From an uncultured Gemmatimonadales bacterium (GTDB lineage: Bacteria > Gemmatimonadota > Gemmatimonadetes > Longimicrobiales > RSA9): a stretch of DNA of 64,000 bases. Below the pieces are notes generated by a model. It was not told the DNA's origin. It was given only the letters and a program-made list of their open reading frames with translations, and did not search any database. Numbering within the stretch: the stretch's first letter is position 1; each line of letters starts with the position of its first letter. The stretch is taken from contig CAWCUS010000006.1 in NCBI GenBank assembly GCA_963798845.1, positions 640,001 through 704,000 on the forward strand, written 5' to 3'. Positions 48,739 through 58,260 of this stretch are shown piece after piece. The position numbers and the translations under genes are program-made.

Positions 48739-49330
48739 TCAGCGGATCAGGTAGACGAGCGTGAAGATGGCGATCCACACGATGTCGACGAAGTGCCAGT
48801 AGAGCCCCGCGACCTCGACCTTGAGCGAGTCCGCGGGGCCGATCCGGCCTGCGTAGGTCTGGAGGGCGAGGAGGAGCAGCCGAGATGACGCCAATGGAGA
48901 CGTGGGCGCCGTGGAACCCGGTGAGGATGAAGAACGACGAGCCGAAGACGTTCTTGCTGAGCGTCAGGCCTTCGTGGTAGAAGTGGGTGAACTCGAAGGC
49001 CTGGAAGCCGAGGAAGGTGAGCCCGAGCGCGGCGGTGACCAGGAGGAAGATGAATCCCCACTTCCGGTTTCCCCTCTGAACGTTGGCCAGCGCGAGGACC
49101 ATGGCGAGGCTGGACATGAGGAGGACGAAGGTGCTGACGGAGGTGAGGGGGATGTTGATGACGTCGCCGGGATAGGGCCCCGCGACGCTGCGTCCCGCGT
49201 AGATCAGGTACGAGGAGATGAACGAGCCGAAGAAGAGGGTCTCGGAGCCGAGAAAGGTCCAGAACCCGAGCTTCCAGGTGTGGATGCCCGTGGTCGTGGG
49301 CGGGTGAACGGCGTGCGCGTGCGCTTCCAT
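48739..49330 (-). CDS. ctaE: Cytochrome c oxidase subunit III; frameshift near 48882
   Basis: WTFLGSE, LTGFHGAHV; removing one C restores WLLLLALQ...GLYWHFVDIVWIAIFTLVYLIR*. Confidence 0.9.
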
Positions 49331-49343
49331 CGAGTCTGTCTCC

Positions 49344-51152
49344 TCAGCCGGCCGGCTCGAAGGCCCAGTTGATCGCGGCGATCGCAGTGGCGCCGAGCCC
49401 CAGGAGCGGCATCCACCAGATGTCGGTCATGAACAGGATCAGGGTGCCCGCGGTCCCGGCGGCGGTGATCAGCGGCCAGAATGACGGGTTCGGCATGTGG
49501 ACGCCGCCCGGCGGCTCGCGCCAGACGCGGTCGTCGTAGTGGTCCGGATGGTCCCAGAGGGGGTTGCGGCTCCTGACCTCGGGGAGCTCCGCGAAGTTGT
49601 ACTCCGGGGGTGGGGAAGCGGTGGCCCACTCGAGGGTGGCGGCGCCCCAGGGATTGTTGCCGGCGGGCTCGCCGCGGGTCCAGCTCCGAAGGAGATTCCA
49701 GGCGAAGGCGAGGGTTCCGAAGGCCATGAGCAGCGCGCTCACGGACATGAACAGGTTGATTCCACCCAGGTGGAGCTCCGGGGCGTAGGTGTAGATCCGG
49801 CGGGGCATGCCCAGGAGCCCGACGAAGTGCATGGGGAAGAAGACGGCATTGAAGCCAATGACGAAAAGCCAGAAGTGCCACTTCCCCAACGTCTCGCTGA
49901 GGAGGCGGCCGCTCACCTTCGGGTACCAGTAGTAGAAGCCGGAGAACACCCCCATGATCAGGCCGCCGATGAGGACGTAGTGGAAGTGCGCCACGACGAA
50001 GTACGTGTCGTGCTGCTGCAGGTCGGCGGGGGAGGCCGAGTGCATGATCCCGCTGATCCCGCCAATGGTGAAGAGCGCGACCATGGCGATGGCGAACATC
50101 ATGGACGTGGTGAACTGCAGGCGTCCGCCCCACATGGTGGCCAGCCAGTTGAAGATCTTCACCCCGGTGGGAATGGCGATGATCATCGTGCTGATGGTGA
50201 AGAAGGAGTCCGCCACCGGTCCGAGGCCGACGGTGAACATGTGGTGGCTCCAGACGCCCCAGCTGATGAATCCGATGAGGGCGCCACTGAAGACCATGAT
50301 GGCGTAGCCGAAGAGGGGCTTGCGGGAGAACGTGGGGATGACGTCGGAAGCGATCCCGAAGGCGGGCAGGATCAGGATGTAGACTTCGGGGTGGCCGAAG
50401 AGCCAGAACAGGTGCTGCCAGAGGATCGGGTCGCCGCCCGCCGCCACGTTGAAGAAATTCGTGCCCCAGAAACGGTCGAACGTGAGCATGAACAGAGCGA
50501 CCGCGAGGACCGGGAGGGCAGTGATGATGATGAAGCTGGTGACGAACGCCATCCAGGTGAACAGCGGCATGCGCATGAGCTTCATGCCGGGCGTCCGAAG
50601 GTTGATGATGGTGGTGATGAAGTTCACGCCGCCGGCGATGGACGCGATGCCCAGGATCTGGAGCCCGAGGGCGTAGAAATCCATGTTCGGCCCGGGCGAG
50701 TACTTGAGCGTGCTCAGGTTGGCGTAGCCGAACCACCCGCCGTTGGGGGCCGCCCCGATGAACCAGGACGAGTAGATGAAGAGCCCGCCGAACAGGAACG
50801 TCCAGTAGGAGAAGGCGTTGAGGCGCGGGAATGCTACGTCGCGGGCGCCGATCTGGAGCGGGACCACGAAGTTGAAGAAGGCGACGGCGATGGGCATGCC
50901 GACCAGGAAGACCATCGTGAGCCCGTGCATGGTGAAGAGCTCGTTGTAGACGTCCGGGCTGACCACGGAAAGGCCGGGCTGCGCGAGCTGCCAACGGATG
51001 ATCAGGGCTTCCACACCACCCAGGATGAAGAACACCAGGGCGGAAGCACCGTAGAGGATCCCGATCTTCTTGTGGTCGATCGTCGTGAGCCAGTCCCAGA
51101 TCCCGCTCCGTCTCCCCGGCTGCGGGGGCGCGTATGCTTCGGCAGTTGCCAT
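49344..51152 (-). CDS. ctaD: Cytochrome c oxidase subunit I (A1 type)
   Basis: TIDHKKIG, FTMHG, WLFGHPEVYI, VWSHHM, VVAHFHY, GMPRR. Confidence 0.97.
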   Translation of the reverse strand: MATAEAYAPPQPGRRSGIWDWLTTIDHKKIGILYGASALVFFILGGVEALIIRWQLAQPGLSVVSPDVYNELFTMHGLTMVFLVGMPIAVAFFNFVVPLQIGARDVAFPRLNAFSYWTFLFGGLFIYSSWFIGAAPNGGWFGYANLSTLKYSPGPNMDFYALGLQILGIASIAGGVNFITTIINLRTPGMKLMRMPLFTWMAFVTSFIIITALPVLAVALFMLTFDRFWGTNFFNVAAGGDPILWQHLFWLFGHPEVYILILPAFGIASDVIPTFSRKPLFGYAIMVFSGALIGFISWGVWSHHMFTVGLGPVADSFFTISTMIIAIPTGVKIFNWLATMWGGRLQFTTSMMFAIAMVALFTIGGISGIMHSASPADLQQHDTYFVVAHFHYVLIGGLIMGVFSGFYYWYPKVSGRLLSETLGKWHFWLFVIGFNAVFFPMHFVGLLGMPRRIYTYAPELHLGGINLFMSVSALLMAFGTLAFAWNLLRSWTRGEPAGNNPWGAATLEWATASPPPEYNFAELPEVRSRNPLWDHPDHYDDRVWREPPGGVHMPNPSFWPLITAAGTAGTLILFMTDIWWMPLLGLGATAIAAINWAFEPAG

Positions 51153-51173
51153 GGTTTCGGTCCCAGTCCTCGA

Positions 51174-52391
51174 CTACCGCGGCAGCGCCGCGGAGGTGAC
51201 GGTGGTATCGCTCGCGGGCCGCGACGGCGGTGCCGCAGCCGCGGAATCAGTCGCAACGGTCGCGGCCGCGGCGCCGGAGTCCGGCGCGGGCGCCGACGCC
51301 GGCTTCATCGGCCCGTGGTAGAGCGGGCGCCGCAGGTCGCTCAGGTAGGCCGCCACGGCGTGGGCGTCCTCCTCCGACAGGCCCGTCGGCGGCATGCCGC
51401 CGGCTCCGACCTCGGCGCCGGGCATGATGATGCCATCCTTCAGCTCAGGCGCATGCAGGACCCACCGCTGGATGTTCTCCGGCGTGTTGTCCAGTCGGCC
51501 GGCCCCGATGGTCCACCGCTCACCCACAAGCGAGAGGTTCGGGCCCAACTTCCCCTGCGCCGAAGTCCCCTCGATGGTGTGACACGCAATGCACGTGCTG
51601 CCCAGCAAGATCTCCTTCCCCATTTTCGCGAGCTCGCCACTCGGCTCCACCGGGGTCTTCATGTCGCGAACCCAGGCGTCGAACTCCGCCGGCGACACCG
51701 CCACCGCACGCATGCGCATCTGGGCATGCGACGCGCCGCAGAACTCCGCGCACTGCCCCAGATACTCGCCGGCCGAGTCCACTTCGAGCACGATCGTGTT
51801 CAGGTGCGGCGGCGCGACGCCCTCGGGGGTTCGGACCACAGGGTTCGCATCCTTCTTTCCACCCAGCCGAGGAATCCAGAAGCTGTGGATCACGTCAGCC
51901 GAACGGAGCTCCAGCGCAACGGGGCGTCCCACGGGCACGTAGAACTCATTCGCCGTGGTGACCCCGAGCTGCGGATAGCTGAACTCCCACCACCACTGAT
52001 GCCCCGTCACCTGGATCTCCAGGGCGTCGGGCGGCGGCTTGCCCTGCGTCGCGAAGATCGACCGGATGGTGGGGATCGCGATGAACAGGATGATCAGGGC
52101 CGGGATCGCCGTCCACGTGATCTCCAGCTTGCTGTTGCCGTAGATCGGCTTCGGATCCGGGCGACCCGGACGGTCGCGGAACCGGATCAGGATCACCGCC
52201 AGAACCCCGAACACCACCAGCAGGATCCCCACGGTGATCCACGTCACCATCGCCCAGAGGCCGATCTGGATCCGACCGTATTCCGTTACCGGCCGGATCA
52301 TGGTCTGAGGGTGATCACCCGCGCACGCCGCCAGCAGCACGAGCGCGCCGGGGACGAGGCGGTGCCCGAATCTCCTGATACCTTCTCGCAT
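51174..52391 (-). CDS. ctaC: Cytochrome c oxidase subunit II with fused cytochrome c (caa3)
   Basis: Lipobox LAAC; GHQWWWEF; DVIHSFW; CuA motif CAEFCGASHAQM; C-terminal CIACH. Confidence 0.95.
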   Translation of the reverse strand: MREGIRRFGHRLVPGALVLLAACAGDHPQTMIRPVTEYGRIQIGLWAMVTWITVGILLVVFGVLAVILIRFRDRPGRPDPKPIYGNSKLEITWTAIPALIILFIAIPTIRSIFATQGKPPPDALEIQVTGHQWWWEFSYPQLGVTTANEFYVPVGRPVALELRSADVIHSFWIPRLGGKKDANPVVRTPEGVAPPHLNTIVLEVDSAGEYLGQCAEFCGASHAQMRMRAVAVSPAEFDAWVRDMKTPVEPSGELAKMGKEILLGSTCIACHTIEGTSAQGKLGPNLSLVGERWTIGAGRLDNTPENIQRWVLHAPELKDGIIMPGAEVGAGGMPPTGLSEEDAHAVAAYLSDLRRPLYHGPMKPASAPAPDSGAAAATVATDSAAAAPPSRPASDTTVTSAALPR

Positions 52392-52680
52392 GTACGGTCC
52401 GGGTTCGTCGACGAAACGGGGCCGCAGCCTGGGCCCCGGAGCCGCAAACGGTAGGAGAATATTACCGTGCAGTCAAGTGTTGCCCGACGAGCCCGAGAGG
52501 CAAAGCCCTACACGGGTAGGGGAATACCCTCGGAAGGGTGGGCTGATGGGCGTTCCGCGGTGCAGGACAGGTGCGCTGGAAGGGGAGAAAGGGCGTGGAC
52601 GCGTTGACGGGTTGGGGCGGCGTCCGGCATCGTGGCCGGAGGAAGAGGGATGGAGGTGGACCTCGAGCGGAGGGGGACCG

Positions 52681-53886
52681 ATGAGGCGAGGACAGGCGGT
52701 GCGGCGCGGGGGCGGAGTCCGTCTGCTCGTACGGCTCCTGCTCATGGCGGTGGTTCTGGTGCCGGTGTGCGCATGGGAGGTGGAGGGGCAGGCGGCGGAA
52801 GAGGCGCGGTCGGGGCGGCCGCGGGCGCGGGAGGCGGGGATCGTGGTCGGGATTCTGCCGCCGGGGCCGCTGAACGCGATCACGGACGTTGCGGGTGTGC
52901 GAGTGGGGCAGACGACCGTGGTGGAGGGGGACAGTGTTCGAACGGGTGTGACGGCCGTGCTGCCGCAGCCGGGCGACCTTTTCCACGAAAAGGTGCCGGC
53001 GGCGATCGTGGTGGGGAACGGATTCGGCAAGCTGGTGGGTGCGACGCAGGTCCGGGAGCTCGGCGAGATCGAGACCCCGATCCTGCTGACGTGCACGCTG
53101 TGCGTGTGGCGGGCGGCCGATGCGATGGTGACGTGGCTGCTGGGGCGGCCGGGGATGGCGGATGTTCGATCGATCAACCCGGTGGTCGGTGAGACGAACG
53201 ACGGGTACCTGAACGACATTCGTGCGCGGCCGATCCGTGCGGAGCACGTGGTGGCGGCGCTGGAAGGTGCGCGCGGGGGCGCCGTGGAGGAGGGGAGCGT
53301 TGGGGCGGGAACCGGCACGGTGGCGTTCGGTTGGAAGGGCGGGATCGGCACGTCGTCCCGGGCACTGCCCGAAAGCCTGGGCGGGTGGACCGTGGGCGTG
53401 CTGGTCCAGACCAACTTCGGCGGGGTGCTCACGGTGGCAGGGCGACCGGTGGGAAGGGCTCTGGGGCGATATCCGTTCAAGGAAGCGCTGGAGGCCGGAA
53501 CTCCGGAGCGGGATGGCGGGGATGGGAGCATCATGATCGTGCTGGCGACGGACGCACCGCTGTCGTCGCGGAGCCTGGAGCGTCTGGCGAGACGGGCACT
53601 GGCGGGCCTGGCGCGGACGGGGTCGACGATGAGCAACGGCTCCGGTGACTACGTGATCGCCTTCTCGACGGCGGAAGCGGTGCGCCGCCGGGAAGCGGAC
53701 GCGCCGCGGCCGGTTGCGGACCTGCCGAACGACCTGATGTCGCCGCTGTTCCAGGCGGCGGCGGAGGCCACGGAGGAGGCGATCTACAACTCCCTGTTCA
53801 AGGCCACGGCGGTGACGGGATACCGGGGGCGGGTGGAAGCGCTGCCGCTGGAAGCGGTCATGCAGTCGGGTGTGGGGGCCGGGTAG
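52681..53886 (+). CDS. P1/DmpA family peptidase (D-aminopeptidase-like)
   Basis: GPLNAITDV, NGFGK, ETNDG, GAGTG, KGGIG, GS autocleavage site DGSIM, GSGD; start uncertain. Confidence 0.9.
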   Translation: MRRGQAVRRGGGVRLLVRLLLMAVVLVPVCAWEVEGQAAEEARSGRPRAREAGIVVGILPPGPLNAITDVAGVRVGQTTVVEGDSVRTGVTAVLPQPGDLFHEKVPAAIVVGNGFGKLVGATQVRELGEIETPILLTCTLCVWRAADAMVTWLLGRPGMADVRSINPVVGETNDGYLNDIRARPIRAEHVVAALEGARGGAVEEGSVGAGTGTVAFGWKGGIGTSSRALPESLGGWTVGVLVQTNFGGVLTVAGRPVGRALGRYPFKEALEAGTPERDGGDGSIMIVLATDAPLSSRSLERLARRALAGLARTGSTMSNGSGDYVIAFSTAEAVRRREADAPRPVADLPNDLMSPLFQAAAEATEEAIYNSLFKATAVTGYRGRVEALPLEAVMQSGVGAG

Positions 53887-55099
53887 CGGGGGCTCCCAGG
53901 TCGAGCAGGCCCCGGATTTCCTCGAGGTGCGCTTCGGCGTCGGCGTCGCCGAGCTCGATCAGGCGTCGGATGTATTCGGGCTCGAACATCATGAGGGAGA
54001 GGATGTCGGGGCTGCCGGTGCGCCTGGTTCCGAGGCCGCGGGTGAGAAAGCGAAAGCTGCCGGGCAGGTGTCGCTCGTATTCGCGGGCGAGCGCGGACAG
54101 GTCGATGGAGGGGCGGAGGTTGACGCTCTGGACGATGCGCATGCCGTCGCGCTGGTCGGGCGGGAGGCGCCGGAGCAGCCGGTTCATGGTCTGGAGGCGG
54201 AGGACGTCCTGATCCATGGTGTCGAGGAACACGGACTGGGTCAGCGTGCCGAGGATCTGCGCCGGCGGCGGATAGCCGGTGACCTCCGGCCTGTCGCCCT
54301 CCTCCTGTGATGTCTCGGCGCGCGTGGAGATGCTCAGGATGCGGCGCGCGCCGAGGTGGAGGGCGGGCGAGAGGGGCGCCGTGAGCCGGACGCCGCCGTC
54401 GCCGTACCACTGGTCGCCGATCCGGACGGCCGGGAAGAAGCCGGGGAGGGCGGCGGAAGCCATGATGTGGTCGATGCGCAGCTTCGCCTGAACGCTCTTG
54501 CGGTGTGGGCGCTCCCACATGTCGAAGTTGCGGCCCTGCACGAAGACGACGTTCTGCCCCGTCGTGTAATTGATTGCGCCCACGGCCACGGCCTTGAGCG
54601 TGCCGCGGTGGAGGTTGTAGTCGATGCCGGTGATCTCCCCTTCGATGGCCGCCATGCACTCGCCCAGGTACTCGGCGAGGGGGGCGGTGTCGAGCAGCCC
54701 CCGAACTTCGGGGGCGGGAAGCACGCCGCCAGAGAGGAGGCGTGCCACCCACCGGAACACGCCCCACCCCAGGTGCGGGGAATCGGTGCGGAAGACCTTC
54801 GCGGTGGTCAGCTCCTGCCACAGAGCCGTCAGCTCGTCCACGGCCTGGGGGAAGGTCCCGTGGTGCGCCGCCAGGTGGACGGCGTTGACCGCGCCGGCCG
54901 AAACGCCCGTGATGATCGGGACCTGGAGATCGGGGAAATGGCGGGCCAGGCAGCGGAGCGTCCCGACCTGGTAGGCGCCGCGGGCGCCCCCACCGGTGAG
55001 AACGAGCGCGAGCTCGCTGGGGGAAGAAGGCGAGGTGTCGAGCGGACCGAAGCGGTCCAGATCACGGCGAGTCAGCCGGGGGAAGCGGAATCGTGGCAT
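53858..55099 (-). CDS. Patatin-like phospholipase
   Basis: GGGARG, GVSAG, ASAALP, DGG. Confidence 0.92.
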   Translation of the reverse strand: MPRFRFPRLTRRDLDRFGPLDTSPSSPSELALVLTGGGARGAYQVGTLRCLARHFPDLQVPIITGVSAGAVNAVHLAAHHGTFPQAVDELTALWQELTTAKVFRTDSPHLGWGVFRWVARLLSGGVLPAPEVRGLLDTAPLAEYLGECMAAIEGEITGIDYNLHRGTLKAVAVGAINYTTGQNVVFVQGRNFDMWERPHRKSVQAKLRIDHIMASAALPGFFPAVRIGDQWYGDGGVRLTAPLSPALHLGARRILSISTRAETSQEEGDRPEVTGYPPPAQILGTLTQSVFLDTMDQDVLRLQTMNRLLRRLPPDQRDGMRIVQSVNLRPSIDLSALAREYERHLPGSFRFLTRGLGTRRTGSPDILSLMMFEPEYIRRLIELGDADAEAHLEEIRGLLDLGAPATRPPHPTA

Positions 55100-55106
55100 C
55101 GTGAGC

Positions 55107-56210
55107 TCAGCGCGGGGGCTGGCCCGGAGGCCGACCGGCGCGCGACGTCGCTTCAGTCGGAGTCGTGTCGGCCAGATAGAGGGTCTGGGTGGGATAGGCG
55201 AACTCGATGCCGAGGGCTTCGAAGCGGCGGAAGAGATCGAGGTTGATGGCCTGCTGGGTGTCCATGTACGCGTTGTAGTCCGGCACGAGCATGTAGTATA
55301 CGGCCTCGAAGTCGAGCAATGAGGCGCCGAAGCGTGCGAAGTGGACGCGGTCCAGGCGCGTGTTCTCCCGGTGCTCCACGGCGTCGCGGACGAGCGTGGG
55401 GATCTGCTCCAGCTGGTCGGCGGGCGTCTGGTAGACCACACCGAAGGAGAACACGATCCGGCGCTCCTGCATCCGTTTGTAGTTGCGGATGCGGCTGGAG
55501 AGGAGGTCGTTGTTGCTGAAGACGAGCTGCTCGCCGGAGAGGCTGCGGATGCGGGTCGTCTTGAGTCCGATGTGCTCGACCGTGCCCATCATGTCGCCGA
55601 CGATGATGAAGTCGCCGAGCACGAATGGCTTGTCGAGAACGATGCTGAGCGAGGCGAACAGGTCGCCCAGGATGTTCTGGACGGCGAGTGCGACAGCGAT
55701 GCCGCCGACACCGAGCCCTGCGATGAGGGCGGTGATGTCTATGCCGGCGGTGTCGAGCGCCACGAGGCCGATGAGGACCCAGAGGGCGAGGCGGAGGAGG
55801 AAGCCGACGAATCGGACCGTGGTGGCGGCGGCGGCGTCCTCCTCGAGGCGACGTGTGGTGTAGCGGGTGAGGCCGGCGCCAATGGCGGTGTTCCCCCACA
55901 GGGCGAGCTGGAGGAGCGTGGCCAGGGAAGCGATGCCGCGGACCACCAGGCCGACCTGCGCGGGGAGGATGAGCACCTGCACGGCCGCGAGGAGGGCGAG
56001 GGCGGCGAGGAAGAAGCCGTGGGTGCTGGCCAGGACGGCGGCGGCGATGTCGTCGAACTCGGTGGCGGTGCGCGTGGAGAAGCCGCGCACCATGCGGACC
56101 AGGAGACGTCGCGCGAAAAGGAGCAGGGCGAGGATCGCGCCACCCAGGACGACCGCGAGGGTCCAGGTGTAGACGCTGTTGCCGTAAAGGGTGTAGGCGA
56201 GGATTCGCAT
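55107..56210 (-). CDS. Mechanosensitive channel, MscS family
   Basis: GLGVGGIAVALAVQ, DKPFVLGDFI, GTVEHIGLKTTRIR. Confidence 0.92.
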   Translation of the reverse strand: MRILAYTLYGNSVYTWTLAVVLGGAILALLLFARRLLVRMVRGFSTRTATEFDDIAAAVLASTHGFFLAALALLAAVQVLILPAQVGLVVRGIASLATLLQLALWGNTAIGAGLTRYTTRRLEEDAAAATTVRFVGFLLRLALWVLIGLVALDTAGIDITALIAGLGVGGIAVALAVQNILGDLFASLSIVLDKPFVLGDFIIVGDMMGTVEHIGLKTTRIRSLSGEQLVFSNNDLLSSRIRNYKRMQERRIVFSFGVVYQTPADQLEQIPTLVRDAVEHRENTRLDRVHFARFGASLLDFEAVYYMLVPDYNAYMDTQQAINLDLFRRFEALGIEFAYPTQTLYLADTTPTEATSRAGRPPGQPPR

Positions 56211-56347
56211 GGAGGGGAAGAGACGGGGCGGGGCGCCGCGTCGCAAGGATGGATCGCGGCGCTCGGCTGAACTCGCTCGCTACGCCCGCTCTTGGCATCT
56301 TGGTTGCGCCTTGGCGGGAGAGGTGCTCACTCGGGTCGGGGGGAAGG

Positions 56348-56884
56348 ATGATCGAGGCGCTGTTCGCGGGCCCGTGGGGCCCACTGGTGATCTTCTGCGC
56401 GCGCATCTTCGACGTGTCGCTCGCCACGACCCGGATGCTGATGTCGGTGCGGGGCCAGCGGGTGCTGGTGCCGTTCGTCGCCTTCTTCGAAGTGCTGATC
56501 TGGCTGTTCGCAGCGGGGACCGCCATGCGCTTCCTGAACAGCCCCCTGCACGTGATCGGCTACGCGGGCGGCTTCGCAGCGGGCAACGCCGTGGGGCTCT
56601 GGGTGGAGGAGAAGCTGGCGCTCGGGCTGGCCACGGTGCGGATCATCTCCGAGCACGGAGGGGTGGAGGTGGCGGATGCGCTGAGGGACCAGGGATTCGG
56701 GGTCACCGAGTTCTCGGGACAGGGTCGCCACGGGTCCGTGGAAGTGGTGTACACCGTGGCCCGTCGGGCGCAGCTGAGGCAGATCATCGGGACCGTGGAC
56801 GAGTGGGCTCCCGACTCGTTCCTGACCGTGGAGGAGCCGCGGGCGATCCATCGGGGGTGGGTGTTTCAGAAGCGGCGGAAGTAG
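56348..56884 (+). CDS. DUF5698/DUF2179 (UPF0316) membrane protein
   Basis: RIFDVSL.T.R, FFEVLIW, YAGGFAAG...EEKLALG, LRDQGFGVT. Confidence 0.85.
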   Translation: MIEALFAGPWGPLVIFCARIFDVSLATTRMLMSVRGQRVLVPFVAFFEVLIWLFAAGTAMRFLNSPLHVIGYAGGFAAGNAVGLWVEEKLALGLATVRIISEHGGVEVADALRDQGFGVTEFSGQGRHGSVEVVYTVARRAQLRQIIGTVDEWAPDSFLTVEEPRAIHRGWVFQKRRK

Positions 56885-56889
56885 GGGGT

Positions 56890-57086
56890 GGGCTCGCTTC
56901 GCTCGCAGAGGGGCTCGGGCTGGCGCCCTCGCAGAGGGGCTCGGGCTGGCGCCCTCGCAGAGGGGCTCGCTTTGCTCGCAGAGGGGCTCGCTTTGCTCGC
57001 AGAGGGGCTCGCTTTGCTCGCAGAGGGGCTCGCTTCGCTCGCAGAGGGGCTCGCTTCGCTCGCAGGGGGCTCGCTTTGCTCGCAGG
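56890..57086 (+). repeat. Tandem array B: 9 units of 20-26 nt sharing the core CTCGCAGAGGGGCTCG with array A
   Basis: Units start at 56890, 56911, 56937, 56963, 56984, 57005, 57026, 57047, 57067; linkers CTTCG, GGCTGGCGCC, CTTTG; the last two units lack the A of GAG. Confidence 0.95.
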
Positions 57087-57091
57087 GGGGG

Positions 57092-58249
57092 CTAGTCGCC
57101 GTCTACGGGGGTGCCGTAGGAGATCTCCAGCATGCGTTCTATGGCTCTGCGGGCCTGGCTGCGGGTGGGCTCGGGGACGTCCACCTCGTAGCGGTCGTGG
57201 AGGAGCGCGTCGCGGACATTCTCGAGGGTGATCTCGTTCATGTGGGGGCAGCGCACGGAGCAGAGGCGGACCATCTCCTTGTCCGGATTCTCGGCGACAA
57301 TGTTGTCCGCCATGCTGCACTCGGTGAGGAGGAGGAAGCGCGGGGCGTGGGCCTCCCTGACTGCACGGATCATGGCGCTGGTGCTGCCGCTGAAGTCGCT
57401 GGCCTCCACCACCTCGGGGCTGCACTCGGGGTGGGCGAGGACCATGACATCGGGGAACTGGCTGCGGATGTTGGCGATGTCGGCGGTGGTGAACTGCTCG
57501 TGGACCTCGCAGCGGCCGCGCCAGCCGATGATGTCGTAGGCGAGCTCGCCCGAGGGTCTGGACGAGCTCCCGTTCCCGGAGAGCCCGGCCGGGTGAGCCT
57601 CGTTGTTCCCGTTCGCCGCCTGGCCCGCGGCGAGGCTCTTGATGACGGGGAAGATGATGGTCTTGCCGGTCTCGCGAGCCACGTTCCTGGCCAGATACTC
57701 GTCGGGGAGAAAGATGACGCGATCGCTGTCGAAGCTCTCGACGATCTTCACGGCGTTGCTGGAGGTGCAGCAGACGTCGGTCTCGGCTTTCACGTCCGCG
57801 TAGGTGTTCACGTACGTGACCACAGGGACGCCGGGGTGCTTGCGCTTGAGGCGGCGGACGTCCTCGGCGGTGATGGACTCGGCGAGGGAGCAGCCGCCCC
57901 TGGGCGTGGGGAGGAGCACCTTCTTGCGGGGGCTCAGGATCTTGGCGGTCTCGGCCATGAAGCGGACGCCGCAGAAGACGATGGGGTCGCCGGGGGCTTC
58001 GGCGGCGAGGCGGCTGAGCTCCAGGGAGTCGCCCTTGAAATCGCACACGGAGTGGAAGAGGGCGGCCTCCATGTAGTTGTGGCCGAGGACCACGGCGCCG
58101 CGCTCGGCCTTGAGGCGGTTGATCTCCGCTGCCAGCTCCGCCTTGTGGCGCAGCTCGAAGTCGGGGATCAGGTCGCTCAACCGCTCGTGCAGAGCACGGT
58201 ACATCTCGTCGGCGGACGTGGTCCGGGCCGTGTCGATCTTCCCGCTCAT
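57092..58249 (-). CDS. nadA: Quinolinate synthase
   Basis: GHNY, GDSL, FCGVRFMAETAK, GCSLA, YVNT, CTSSNA, CEVH, AHPEC, CPHM. Confidence 0.97.
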   Translation of the reverse strand: MSGKIDTARTTSADEMYRALHERLSDLIPDFELRHKAELAAEINRLKAERGAVVLGHNYMEAALFHSVCDFKGDSLELSRLAAEAPGDPIVFCGVRFMAETAKILSPRKKVLLPTPRGGCSLAESITAEDVRRLKRKHPGVPVVTYVNTYADVKAETDVCCTSSNAVKIVESFDSDRVIFLPDEYLARNVARETGKTIIFPVIKSLAAGQAANGNNEAHPAGLSGNGSSSRPSGELAYDIIGWRGRCEVHEQFTTADIANIRSQFPDVMVLAHPECSPEVVEASDFSGSTSAMIRAVREAHAPRFLLLTECSMADNIVAENPDKEMVRLCSVRCPHMNEITLENVRDALLHDRYEVDVPEPTRSQARRAIERMLEISYGTPVDGD

Positions 58250-58260
58250 TCCTTCTCCCA

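Noticed and set aside
48380..49330. 316-aa cox subunit III-IV fusion in the ORF track
   Set aside because: It arises from one extra base near 48882; the conserved YWHFVD helix is in another frame ending at 48739, and subunit IV has its own ATG at 48715
49497..52454. Very long antisense ORFs (985 aa here; also 30819-33593, 1891-4155, 8582-10642)
   Set aside because: Stop-poor shadow frames of real genes in high-GC DNA; Arg/Pro/Gly-rich with no recognisable motifs
30875..57086. Arrays A and B as CRISPR arrays
   Set aside because: The core is only 16 nt, linkers are 5-10 nt and repeated rather than unique, and there is no leader or cas gene in the window
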